Below are positions 1 to 9,019 of a stretch of 64,000 nt of DNA, one piece after another. The stretch's first letter is position 1. Each line of letters starts with the position of its first letter. The stretch is taken from contig JBAZZL010000001.1 of NCBI GenBank assembly GCA_041658785.1, positions 5,478 to 69,477 on the forward strand, given 5' to 3'. Under the pieces are notes generated by a model. It was not told the DNA's origin. It did no database searches and saw only the letters and a list, made by a program, of their open reading frames with translations. This stretch comes from Patescibacteria group bacterium (GTDB lineage Bacteria > Patescibacteriota > Patescibacteriia > Magasanikbacterales > UBA922). The position numbers and the translations under genes were made by a program.

Positions 1-29
1 ATTATTTCAAAAAAATAGTGAAGTACTTT

Positions 30-110
30 GAATTACGAAACAGGCGTAAACTGTCATTCCCGTCCGCCAGCTGGCGGACGGGAATGACAAATGATGACGT
101 TTCGTAATTC
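30..110. repeat. Nested palindromic MITE-like element, family 1 (gaattacgaaac...gtcattcccg..cgggaatgac...gtttcgtaattc)
   Basis: Outer inverted repeat gaattacgaaac/gtttcgtaattc encloses inner inverted repeat gtcattcccgtccgccagctggcggacgggaatgac. Related copies at 1808-1935, 8767-8893, 51724-51829. Confidence 0.7.
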
Positions 111-376
111 AAAGGAAGTAGAAAAAAACGCCTTTTGCTTAATGGCATCCCTCCGCTATTTTTTATTCGCCTACGCCTGAATACCGCGGGGCTTGCCCCG
201 CGGATAAAAGGCGGAGCGAATCCGCCGATGAGGCAGATAAACCACGGGTGCTTCGGCGAATGAACTCTTATTTGCCTGATACCCCGAGGCTTGCCTCGGG
301 GAGGGGTTCATTGTTTATATTATAACATAATGTATTTAATAGCGCCAAATGGCCGAACTAGCATGATTTCAGACAG

Positions 377-405
377 TTGATATTTATCTCCCAAAGGCGT
401 ACAAT
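377..405 (+). promoter_or_regulatory. Sigma70-like promoter for ruvB (TTGATA-N17-TACAAT)
   Basis: ttgata at 377-382, 17-nt spacer, tacaat at 400-405, 9 nt before the ATG at 415. Confidence 0.45.
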
Positions 406-414
406 ACCCCTGCT

Positions 415-1455
415 ATGCCCAAAAATACACCTGAAACAAAGACCCGGCGCGTCGTGGCTCCAGAAGACAATGAAGAGGAGCTTATTTTTGATCTGACGCT
501 CCGTCCCCAGTGGTTAAAAGAATTTGTGGGTCAATCTCATATCAAAGAGCCTTTGTCAATTTCCATGCAAGCGGCCAAAAAACGCAACGAGCCGATTGAA
601 CATGTCTTGTTGTATGGAAACCCCGGGCTGGGAAAAACTACTCTGGCTCATATTATCGCGAAAGAAATGGGCAGCAGTATCAAAATGACCGCGGGTCCGG
701 CGCTGGAGCGGGTGGGAGACCTCGCGGCCATTCTTTCCAATCTGCAAAAAGGCGATGTCTTTTTTATTGACGAGATCCACCGGATGAACAAAACGATTGA
801 AGAAATTTTGTACACCGCGATGGAGGAGTACGCGCTTGATATTATTGTGGGAAAAGGCCCGGCCGCGCGGATCCTGCGGATGGCTCTTGAACCATTTACC
901 CTGATTGGAGCGACAACAAAAGTAAATCTTCTCTCCAGCCCCCTGCGCGATCGATTTGGCCATGTTTATCATTTGAATTTTTATGAGGTGGATGATATAG
1001 AAAAAATCGTTGCCCGCAATGCCAAATTGCTTGATGTAAAAATAGACCAACCCGCCCAAAATATAGTTGCCGGCCGATCCAGGCGAACGCCGCGGGTGGC
1101 CAACCGGCTATTGAGGCGCATCCGCGACTTTGCGGAAGTGCGGCATGATGGTATAATAACCGAGGCGATTGCCGAAGACGCCCTTGACATGCTAAACATT
1201 GACGCGCGCGGCCTGGACGAAGTTGACCGCAAAATTTTGCTCGCCATTATAGAAAAATTCAATGACGGGCCGGTTGGTTTGAATACTCTGGCGGCGGCAG
1301 TGGCAGAAGACATGGATACAATAGAAACTGTTTACGAGCCGTATCTCTTGCAGATCGGAATGATTGAAAGGACGCCGCGCGGCAGAAAGGTAACAAAGTT
1401 GGCCCATGAGCATTTGAGAAAAAATCAGGGACAAGCGCAAGAAACCCTTTTATAA
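415..1455 (+). CDS. ruvB: Holliday junction branch migration helicase RuvB
   Basis: Walker A GNPGLGKTTLAHIIA, AAA+ sensor motifs, winged-helix C-terminal domain; 346 aa, full length. Confidence 0.93.
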   Translation: MPKNTPETKTRRVVAPEDNEEELIFDLTLRPQWLKEFVGQSHIKEPLSISMQAAKKRNEPIEHVLLYGNPGLGKTTLAHIIAKEMGSSIKMTAGPALERVGDLAAILSNLQKGDVFFIDEIHRMNKTIEEILYTAMEEYALDIIVGKGPAARILRMALEPFTLIGATTKVNLLSSPLRDRFGHVYHLNFYEVDDIEKIVARNAKLLDVKIDQPAQNIVAGRSRRTPRVANRLLRRIRDFAEVRHDGIITEAIAEDALDMLNIDARGLDEVDRKILLAIIEKFNDGPVGLNTLAAAVAEDMDTIETVYEPYLLQIGMIERTPRGRKVTKLAHEHLRKNQGQAQETLL

Positions 1456-1462
1456 ATTATTT

Positions 1463-1720
1463 ATGATAGAAGTTCCACTCTACCTCTTTCTCTTCCTCTA
1501 CTTTATATTTCTCGCGTTATTCGCCGGCTTTTATTTGGCGATAATGTACCACATTATAAGCAGCGCTTCTTTTACCTTGGCCAGTTTTTTCGCCTCTTTT
1601 TTTATTTTTGCCCTGACAGCGCTGACATTTTACGCCACTAGGCAGCTTTTGCTCGAAGTGGATTGGCGGCAGATCGTCTTTAGTGTTGATATGAGTTATT
1701 TATACTCAATTGTTATTTAA
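1463..1720 (+). CDS. Small hydrophobic membrane protein (hypothetical)
   Basis: 85-aa ORF 8 nt after the ruvB stop, with two or three predicted TM helices. No recognisable family. Confidence 0.3.
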   Translation: MIEVPLYLFLFLYFIFLALFAGFYLAIMYHIISSASFTLASFFASFFIFALTALTFYATRQLLLEVDWRQIVFSVDMSYLYSIVI

Positions 1721-1807
1721 TTCCGGCACTGGTAGGCGTTTTAGGGGCTGCCAATGAATAAATAATGTAAATAAACTGTTAATGTTGAGAGCGTTAAATA
1801 ATTCAAC

Positions 1808-1935
1808 TGTCATTCCCGCCCCCGTTTCCACGAGGGTAAACTCCGGCGGGAATCCAGTCGCCTCGTATTATAGCTTAGCCATGTTTCTGGATTCTGCCGG
1901 AGTTTATCCTCGCGCAGGCGGGGGCGGGAATGACA
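1808..1935. repeat. MITE-like family 1 copy (gtcattcccgcccccg ... cgggggcgggaatgac)
   Basis: Inverted termini gtcattcccgcc/ggcgggaatgac; internal ggtaaactccggcgggaatccagtcgc block shared with the copy at 51724-51829. Confidence 0.7.
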
Positions 1936-2048
1936 TATCCACCGCGAACCCCGGGGCAGAGCCCCGAGGAATTAGTTGATTAATAAAGCGAAGGGGCATA
2001 TCCGGGATGTTTTAGTCCTTAATCCGCGCCAGCCGAGGGCGGCAATTT

Positions 2049-2606
2049 ATGAGCATACCCAATCTTATCAGACAAAAAGCGTACGAACGCGTTGAATACA
2101 TCTTGCGGCGGCATCCGATTACCTTCCTGCCGATTTTATTTTTATTTTTAATTTTGCTTGCCGCGCCGGTGGCTGTTTATTTTTTGATCCACGCCATTTA
2201 CCCGGCGCTGTTTGGCAATGAAATATTATTTTCGCTGGGAGTTTTGCTTGGCAGCGCTTATTATCTCGGCATTTACTTGTTTTTTTACGCGCAATTTATA
2301 GAATATTATCTGGATATCTGGGTGGTTACCAATGATCGCATTATTGATGTGGAACAGCTTGGCCTTTTTTCTAAAACAATCTCGGAATTAGACTTATTCA
2401 GAATTCAGGATGTAACGGCCGATGTTCATGGTTTTTTTGCGACCATCTTCAATTATGGGAATTTATCAGTCAATACCGCGTCTGCCAATGTCGGTATTAT
2501 TTTCCGAAATATATCGCATCCAAACGAAATACGCGAGAACTTGATCCGTCTGTCTCATGAAGACAGGAAACACCATTATTTTACCCCGGGCGACGAGCAC
2601 GACTAA
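2049..2606 (+). CDS. Membrane-flanked bacterial PH-domain protein (YdbT/DUF304-like)
   Basis: Two N-terminal TM helices followed by a roughly 100-aa domain with the bPH_2 pattern (IIDVEQLGLFSKTISELDLFRIQDV...). Confidence 0.55.
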   Translation: MSIPNLIRQKAYERVEYILRRHPITFLPILFLFLILLAAPVAVYFLIHAIYPALFGNEILFSLGVLLGSAYYLGIYLFFYAQFIEYYLDIWVVTNDRIIDVEQLGLFSKTISELDLFRIQDVTADVHGFFATIFNYGNLSVNTASANVGIIFRNISHPNEIRENLIRLSHEDRKHHYFTPGDEHD

Positions 2607-2647
2607 ACCCGATGCGCGGATCAACGCGTCGCAACGGAATCCCGAAT

Positions 2648-2938
2648 ATGAATTATTTTTTTGAATTGCCGCTATTGAGCCAGCTCGCGCTGATATATTT
2701 TGTTGCCATCAATATCCTGGCCTTTTTTTATTATGGAATTGACAAATTAAAGTCGCAATTCGGCAAGCGGCGAATTTCTGAAAAACACTTATGGCTGCTG
2801 GCGCTCTCCGGCGGATCTCTCGGCGCCATTGCGGCAATGGAATTTTTTCATCACAAAACAAAAAAAACTTCGTTTCAGACCATATTTTTGATAATCTTTT
2901 TTGTCCAAATTGCCGCGCTGACATTATTGATACAATAG
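2648..2938 (+). CDS. DUF1294 family membrane protein
   Basis: Motif DKLKSQFGKRRISEKHLWLLALSGGSLGAIAAMEFFHHKTKK is typical of DUF1294. The ORF opens at 2612; the MNYFF start at 2648 seems more likely. Confidence 0.55.
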   Translation: MNYFFELPLLSQLALIYFVAINILAFFYYGIDKLKSQFGKRRISEKHLWLLALSGGSLGAIAAMEFFHHKTKKTSFQTIFLIIFFVQIAALTLLIQ

Positions 2939-3060
2939 AACGCCAACCGCAAGCAACAAAAAATCCGCCCCGAGTATTCGGGGCGGATTTTTAATTCTTT
3001 CCCTATTTTTTTATCCATCACCCATGACTTATCGCTCTATCGCTTATGGCTTATCGCTTA

Positions 3061-3627
3061 TTACTCGCTCGCTCTCCCGGCATATTCTCCAGTCTCGGTA
3101 TTAACCAGCACCTCTTCGCCTTCTTTTATAAATATCGGAGCTCTTATTTTTAATCCATTGTCCAGCGCTATTTCTTTGGTAACATTGCCGCTCGCCGTGT
3201 CCCCTTTTACCGCCGGAGGCGCTTCTGCCACACTATACTTTATTTTTTTTGGCAATTCTATCGCCACCGGATTGCCATCATGCAACGCCATTACCACTAC
3301 CAGTCCGTCTTTCAAATATTTCGCGTCCTCGCCGATTATATTCAAATTAACATCCAAAGTTTCATAATTTTCTTGATCCATAAATGAATAAACCGCGCCG
3401 TTGTTATAAAGATATTGCATGCTTTTTCTGTTTATATAAACGGTGTCAACCGCTTCTCCGCTTTTGTAGGTAATTTCAATCGTCTTCCCCGAAGCAATTC
3501 CCTTCATTTTTGTTTTGGTAAAAGCCGCGCCCTTTCCCGGATTTACAAATTGAAAACCAACCACAGCATAAAGCTCGCCATGGCGGCGGATGACCGATCC
3601 CTTTTTAATGTCGTTGGTGTCTCCCAT
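3061..3627 (-). CDS. efp: Elongation factor P
   Basis: 188 aa. Conserved loop VNPGKGAAF carries the modifiable Lys (equivalent to E. coli K34). Three-domain EF-P layout. Confidence 0.93.
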   Translation of the reverse strand: MGDTNDIKKGSVIRRHGELYAVVGFQFVNPGKGAAFTKTKMKGIASGKTIEITYKSGEAVDTVYINRKSMQYLYNNGAVYSFMDQENYETLDVNLNIIGEDAKYLKDGLVVVMALHDGNPVAIELPKKIKYSVAEAPPAVKGDTASGNVTKEIALDNGLKIRAPIFIKEGEEVLVNTETGEYAGRASE

Positions 3628-3628
3628 A

Positions 3629-3760
3629 AAGCATTAAAGCACTAAAGCACTAAAGCACTAAAGCACTAAAGCACTAAAGCACTAAAGCACTAAAGCACTA
3701 AAGCACTAAAGCACTAAAGCACTAAAGCACTAAAGCACTAAAGCACTAAAGCACTAAAGC
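3629..3760. repeat. 9-bp microsatellite (gcactaaag) x about 14.5 in the efp upstream region
   Basis: Perfect tandem copies read directly. A second AT-rich repeat (ttttaatgttttaaag x3) lies at 3853-3897, overlapping the epmA 3' end. Confidence 0.9.
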
Positions 3761-3871
3761 AAAAAAAACATTCATTTTTGATTTTAATATTTGTTTGTAA
3801 TTATCTGTCACACGCCTTATTTTATTTTGCTTTTTTATTTTCTTGCTTTTATGTTTTAATGTTTTAAAGTT

Positions 3872-4891
3872 TTAATGTTTTAATGTTTTAAAGATTATAG
3901 ACGCTGGTAATACTAGCACATCATCAATATTTTTGCAACCGGCAAAGACTTGGACCAGACGATCAATGCCCAGAGCGATTCCCGCCGATGGCGGCATCAG
4001 GGCTAGCGCCCCGATAAATTCTTCATCAATGTCATAAACATCTTTCCCCGCCTTTTCGCGCTGCCGCTTTTCTTCTTCCAGACGGCGGAGCTGCTCCACA
4101 GGGTCGGTCAATTCAGAAAAAGCGTTCGCCAGTTCAATGCCATTGATATAAAGCTCAAATCTTTCCGCGTACTTTGGTTCTTGATCAGAAATTTTTGACA
4201 AGGCCGCCATCCGGGCGGGATAATGATGAACAATTTGCGGATTTTCTCTGCCCAAATGAGATTCAATTTCATTAAGAAAAATGCGGTAAAACAAATCTTC
4301 ATAATTCTCATTTTCCCCGGCATTGTATCCTTTATCAATGCACAATTGGCGCAAAGAAGCCGGTTCTAGATATTTGTCCAGATCAGCTTTGGCGTATTTT
4401 TTCCAAAGGTCTCGCATGTGGGTTCTTTCGCATTTTTCAAAATTAGCGACCTGGGCCGAGCGATCCCTTTTCAAACCGGAAACAATTTGGCCCAAAAGCA
4501 GATCAATATCATCCATGATTTTCCAAAAATCAACGTTGGCGCGGTACCATTCAATCATGGTGAATTCCGGGTTGTGCAATCCGCCAAAACTTTCATAATC
4601 GCGAAAACATTTGCAGATAGAAAAAATATTCTCAAATCCAACCGCCAGCATTTTTTTCATTGCGTATTCAGGCGAGGTATGAAGATAGCCGCGGCGCTTC
4701 TTCTTTGTTTCATCATGAATATCAATCGGCATTGGGGACAAGTGCGGTTCTTGGCCCGGGAGCCTGACGATCTGCGGGGTTTCTACTTCAAAAAAATTGT
4801 TTTGCCAAAAAAATTCGCGAATGGCGCGAATGATGTTAAACCGAAGTTCAAAATTTTTTTTATTTTTTTGAAGATGTGTTAGTTCGTTCAT
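3872..4891 (-). CDS. epmA: EF-P-lysine lysyltransferase EpmA (PoxA/GenX, truncated class II LysRS paralogue)
   Basis: 339 aa with no anticodon-binding domain. Class II motif 2 FRDYESFGGLHNPEFTMIEWY and motif 3 GIALGIDRLVQVFAG. Immediately upstream of efp on the same strand. Confidence 0.75.
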   Translation of the reverse strand: MNELTHLQKNKKNFELRFNIIRAIREFFWQNNFFEVETPQIVRLPGQEPHLSPMPIDIHDETKKKRRGYLHTSPEYAMKKMLAVGFENIFSICKCFRDYESFGGLHNPEFTMIEWYRANVDFWKIMDDIDLLLGQIVSGLKRDRSAQVANFEKCERTHMRDLWKKYAKADLDKYLEPASLRQLCIDKGYNAGENENYEDLFYRIFLNEIESHLGRENPQIVHHYPARMAALSKISDQEPKYAERFELYINGIELANAFSELTDPVEQLRRLEEEKRQREKAGKDVYDIDEEFIGALALMPPSAGIALGIDRLVQVFAGCKNIDDVLVLPASIIFKTLKH

Positions 4892-4919
4892 ATCAAAATA
4901 CTAGTGTGTTGGCGCGCTG

Positions 4920-5888
4920 TCAGTAAATTTTTACTGGGTTCATTTTATAAATTTTTAACAAACGATTAATCTGCGCTCTATTCAACAGCCCTTTTTGCGC
5001 GCCGAATTTTTGAATTACACTGCCGGCATTAACCGTGCCCCACCGCATCGCTTCTGGAATCGTTTCGCCTAAAATTATCGCTGACAAAAACCCGCTGGTG
5101 TACGCATCCCCGGCGCCGGTCTTGGCGATCGCTTTCACTGGAGAAGCCGGCATGCGCCAGCACGCCTCCCCATCAAACGCGTATGACCCGTTTAGGCTGT
5201 CAGTGATCACAACCGTTTCCACACCTTGTTTATGAAGCGCCAGGCACAATGCCCGCGCGTCTTTTTTCTTGCCAGCGATTTTTTGCGCTTCTTCTTTGTT
5301 TACAATCAAAAGACTGGCATGGGGTATTATGGACTTAATCGCCGGCAATCCTTTTTGGATTTGATACGACCCTGGATTCATGGCCAATTTTACATCAGGA
5401 TTATTTTTTAAATGACGCAATAATTTTTTTTGCAATTTTTCAAAAGAAGCTCCGAGCGAAGTGTAATAGATCCATTTTGTGCGTGGTAATTTGGGTAAGG
5501 AATAATTTCGTTTGGCGTGATAAGAAAGGATAGTGCGTTCACTTTGGTAATTCAACACCACTGCGTAGCGGGTTTCTCTGCCTCGCAGGCAACGAACCAA
5601 TCTGGTATCCACGCCTGCCTGCGCCAGATCCTCTTTTATCGTATAACCGTTGATATCATCTCCCAGTTCGGTGACGATGGCGGTTTTCAATCCGAGTTTT
5701 TTCGCGCCCGCCGCCACATTGGCCGCGTTGCCGCCAACCGACTGCGCGGAGTGTTTAATCGGGATTTTTTCCGCGTAATTAAAACAAAGCTGGCAATGTT
5801 CTTTTTTCAAATCACAATGCAGGGTTGCATCATCAATAATCAAAAAAGTATCAATGGTGCTATCGCCGATGGTGATGAGATCGAACAT
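4920..5888 (-). CDS. PfkB-family carbohydrate kinase (ribokinase-like)
   Basis: N-terminal GG motif (SVGGNAANVAAG) and C-terminal GAGDAYTSGFL anion-hole motif. The ORF extends to 5972; MFDLITIGD at 5888 is the likelier start. Confidence 0.8.
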   Translation of the reverse strand: MFDLITIGDSTIDTFLIIDDATLHCDLKKEHCQLCFNYAEKIPIKHSAQSVGGNAANVAAGAKKLGLKTAIVTELGDDINGYTIKEDLAQAGVDTRLVRCLRGRETRYAVVLNYQSERTILSYHAKRNYSLPKLPRTKWIYYTSLGASFEKLQKKLLRHLKNNPDVKLAMNPGSYQIQKGLPAIKSIIPHASLLIVNKEEAQKIAGKKKDARALCLALHKQGVETVVITDSLNGSYAFDGEACWRMPASPVKAIAKTGAGDAYTSGFLSAIILGETIPEAMRWGTVNAGSVIQKFGAQKGLLNRAQINRLLKIYKMNPVKIY

Positions 5889-5889
5889 A

Positions 5890-6204
5890 TTATTTTTTCC
5901 CAATATACTTATAAACTTCCACATCTTTCCTTGTATGGTGATGATAGCCGAGATAAATCTCAATAAACTCAATGAGCGAGGCGATAAAAATACCGAACGA
6001 GGCGATGATGAAAATGAGATTTAAGAGGGAGAGCGAATAAACCAAAAGACCCATCGCGCCAATCATGCGGATAAGATCGCGCCGATTTTCGACCTCCACG
6101 AATTGAGAGTAAATAAGCATGATAACGCCAAGGACGGCGATGATAAAAATCATTGTTTCCAATGGTCCTGCCGGCAATTGCGGGAAGAGGGATTCTAAAA
6201 ACAT
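5890..6204 (-). CDS. Small membrane protein (hypothetical)
   Basis: 104-aa ORF with two hydrophobic helices between trxB and the kinase. No family recognised. Confidence 0.35.
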   Translation of the reverse strand: MFLESLFPQLPAGPLETMIFIIAVLGVIMLIYSQFVEVENRRDLIRMIGAMGLLVYSLSLLNLIFIIASFGIFIASLIEFIEIYLGYHHHTRKDVEVYKYIGKK

Positions 6205-6379
6205 ATTTTTAGTGATCAGTGATTAGTGAACAAAGATCAATGGCAGTGTCGTTGTAATAAAATAAGTATAGCATAAAGTTGAATAAAATTGAACAAAATT
6301 AGATAAATTGAACAAAATTAATTATTTTATTATAAAACCGCTGTGAGGCGGTTGTTTGGTATGTGTTGAGTGGTACCTG

Positions 6380-7348
6380 TTAATTCTCCATTTTGTTAAT
6401 ATACTCAATCGCGCTTAAAGCCGCGGTAACTCCGTGTCCGGCGGAGATGGCGATTTGTTTGAATGGAATATCAGTAACATCGCCGGCGGCAAAAACACCA
6501 GGGCAATCAGTCTGGCATTTGGTGTTGACCATAATTTCCCCCAATTTATTTTTTTTGCCGCAAGTGACAAAATCTGAATTTGGAATCATGCCAACATGCG
6601 CCATCACACCCTGAACGGCAAGCCCTTTTATTTCTTTCGTCTTCTGATCTTCATATTTAACGCCCGCGACCATTTTGTCGCCGACAATTTCTTTGGTATT
6701 CGCGTTATAGACAATCTCTATATTTTTGAGTTTTTTAACTTTATCCACCAAGATGTTTTCCCCTTTGGGAAAGCCCCAACCGTTTTCTTTGTCATTGGGA
6801 TATTTGGTGATTAAATAAACTTTTTGGGCGATTTCGCCCATCATGAGAGCCGATTCCAGCGCCGCGTTGCCAGCGCCGATAGTCGCGGTGATTTTGCCAT
6901 GGAATAGAGGCCCGTCGCAGACCGTGCAATAAGTAACGCCCAGCCCGCGGTATTTTTTTTCTCCCGGAATTTTTAATTCGCGCGGATGAATGCCGCTCGC
7001 GACAATTACGGCCTTGGTTTGGTACTGCTTTTCTTTGCCCAGCGAGTCTTTGGCGCTTACTATGTGGTAATTTTTTTCTTTTTTAATGCTCGCGACTTCC
7101 ATTCCTTCGTCAATTTTAACCCCATAGCTTTTCATGTGCTCATGGAAATTTTTGGCAAGTTCAATGCCTGTGGTCTTGATGATTCCGGGCCAGTTTTCCA
7201 CTTCGCCGGATAAGGCAACCTCGCCGCCAATGTCTTTGGCGACGACTACGAAGTTGAGTTTTCTTCGAGCGGCGTAAACAGCGGCCGAGGATCCAGCGGC
7301 CGCGGCGCCGATGATGACGAGATCTAGCAGTTCATTTTTTTCAACCAT
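6380..7348 (-). CDS. trxB: Thioredoxin-disulfide reductase
   Basis: N-terminal FAD GxGxxG (VIIGAAAAGSSAA), redox-active CTVCDG, second NAD(P) GxGxxA motif; 322 aa. Confidence 0.9.
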   Translation of the reverse strand: MVEKNELLDLVIIGAAAAGSSAAVYAARRKLNFVVVAKDIGGEVALSGEVENWPGIIKTTGIELAKNFHEHMKSYGVKIDEGMEVASIKKEKNYHIVSAKDSLGKEKQYQTKAVIVASGIHPRELKIPGEKKYRGLGVTYCTVCDGPLFHGKITATIGAGNAALESALMMGEIAQKVYLITKYPNDKENGWGFPKGENILVDKVKKLKNIEIVYNANTKEIVGDKMVAGVKYEDQKTKEIKGLAVQGVMAHVGMIPNSDFVTCGKKNKLGEIMVNTKCQTDCPGVFAAGDVTDIPFKQIAISAGHGVTAALSAIEYINKMEN

Positions 7349-7455
7349 AGATTAATGGGTATTGGGTTAGGGTTAAGAAGCCGGATTTTTTGTATTTTTC
7401 GAAATTTCTGGCTTCTTAACCCTTACCCTTACCTTCGGGAAAGAATAGTTAACAT

Positions 7456-8103
7456 TCACCACTGCGTCAACTTGTCAATTATCTCTCTCATCCTTTTTAT
7501 ATTCTCTGCCGGTTTTCCATTTTGCCAAACCGCGCTACCCGGGCAAATCGCATCTACTCCGGACATGACAATTGAAGGCAGAGTTTCTTCATTTACCGCT
7601 CCATCCAGCTCAACAAAATGATTGGTTTTTTTTGCTTTGAATTCTTTTATCCGGTCAATCGTTTGGGGAATAAATTTCTGTCCCTGAAATCCCGGGTAAA
7701 CACCCATAAACATCACTCCTTCTATTTTGTCCAGATAAGAATCAAGCGCGCCAACCGGCGTGTCGGGATTTAAAACAATACTCGCCTCCCAGCCGTTCGC
7801 GTGAATGGCGGCGATTGTTTTTTCAATATCGTCTTTTGCTTCAAAATGGAAAAGCGCCCGTTTAACTTGCGGCACATTTTTCCATTTTTTTATTTCCGCA
7901 ATTGGATGTTCAACCATCAGATGCAGTTCAACATTGATTTTTGCTTCTTTTTTTACCGTTGCTGGTTCCGCCCACGTGGTATTGGGAACAAACTTGCCGT
8001 CGGCGATGTCCAGTTGGATTTGATTGAGGGTGTTTTCAACAGCGTGTATTTGGGCGGTGAATTCCTCTGCAGATTGAACTAAAATTGAAGGAATTATTTC
8101 CAT
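7456..8103 (-). CDS. rpe: Ribulose-phosphate 3-epimerase
   Basis: 215 aa. PSIL..D.....HLMVEHP pattern and a C-terminal GAD/G block typical of RPE TIM barrels. Confidence 0.85.
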   Translation of the reverse strand: MEIIPSILVQSAEEFTAQIHAVENTLNQIQLDIADGKFVPNTTWAEPATVKKEAKINVELHLMVEHPIAEIKKWKNVPQVKRALFHFEAKDDIEKTIAAIHANGWEASIVLNPDTPVGALDSYLDKIEGVMFMGVYPGFQGQKFIPQTIDRIKEFKAKKTNHFVELDGAVNEETLPSIVMSGVDAICPGSAVWQNGKPAENIKRMREIIDKLTQW

Positions 8104-8196
8104 AATCTAACAAAATTATACAGAATTGGACAAAATTAAACAAAATTTTTACAAAAATAATTTTGTATAATTTTGTATAATTTCGTTTAATTTTCT

Positions 8197-8655
8197 TTAA
8201 TTCCGTTTCTCATACTCCTCAATCTTCTCATTCCTCCGCTCATACTTCCCTCCAAGAAACTCGGTCGTTTCCAACCACTTCTTCACTATCGCCATAGCGT
8301 GGTCTTCGGTTAAGACTCTGCCAGCCAAAGCAAGCCCGTTGGCGTTGTTGTGTTTAATTGAGAGTTCCGCCGCTTCAATGTTATAGCCAAGGGCGCAACG
8401 CATTCCCGGCACTTTGTTGGCCGCGATAATGTCTCCTGTGCCGCTGCCGCAGATAAAGATTGCCCGGCCGTTCGTTTTCACCGTTTTTTGCGCCGCCGGA
8501 ATAATATAGTCGGGAAAATCGTCTTCGGCATCATATTCATGCGCGCCAAGGTCTTCCACTTTAAGATTGAGCTCATTTTCAATATAACGCGCGATTCGTT
8601 TTTTAAGCTGGTAGCCGGCGTGGTCCGCGGCGATGTAGAGATAGCCTTGGTACAT
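8197..8655 (-). CDS. rpiB: Ribose-5-phosphate isomerase B (RpiB/LacAB family)
   Basis: 152 aa. IAADHAGYQLK start and ICGSGTGDIIAANK active-site region. Confidence 0.88.
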   Translation of the reverse strand: MYQGYLYIAADHAGYQLKKRIARYIENELNLKVEDLGAHEYDAEDDFPDYIIPAAQKTVKTNGRAIFICGSGTGDIIAANKVPGMRCALGYNIEAAELSIKHNNANGLALAGRVLTEDHAMAIVKKWLETTEFLGGKYERRNEKIEEYEKRN

Positions 8656-8766
8656 ATGTTTAAGAGGGGTTTAAGAGGGTGGTAGCGAGAATTTAACGAA
8701 ATTATACAGAATTAAACGAAATTAAAGTAAATTATAAAAAATTTTGTTCAGTTTTGTTTAATTTCT

Positions 8767-8893
8767 GTGAATTACGAAACTATCTCTTTTTGTCATTCCC
8801 GCGGAGGCGGGAATCCAGTCGTAAGGTGAATCTGGCTCGATTTCTGGATTCCCGCCTCCGCGGGAATGACAGACAATGCATTTCGTAATTCAC
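8767..8893. repeat. MITE-like family 1 copy with outer gtgaattacgaaac/gtttcgtaattcac inverted repeat
   Basis: tgtcattcccgcggaggcgggaatccagtcg ... gattcccgcctccgcgggaatgaca, nested inside the outer inverted repeat. Flanked by AT-rich aattaaacaaaat-type degenerate repeats (8105-8195, 8690-8765). Confidence 0.75.
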
Positions 8894-9019
8894 AATAATT
8901 TAGTAAGTTATTTAAGTTGATTGAATTGTAGCATAGATTGGAGCTCGGGGCAATAATTGACTTTTGACGTTAGATTTATTATTATTAAAGAACAATTTAC
9001 ACTAATGAATCAGTAAGTT

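Noticed and set aside
1782-1979. 65-aa ORF
   Set aside because: It lies wholly within the MITE-like palindrome 1808-1935. Translation of a GC-rich inverted repeat.
3629-3760. Possible CRISPR array (perfect direct repeats)
   Set aside because: The 9-bp units are contiguous with no spacers. The same is true of the other tandem repeats (11576, 40632, 44231, 54000). No cas genes are present in the window.
8896-9019. T-box riboswitch upstream of ileS
   Set aside because: No T-box consensus (AATTAGGGTGGNACCGCG) or specifier/antiterminator arrangement is visible. The leader is simply AT-rich.
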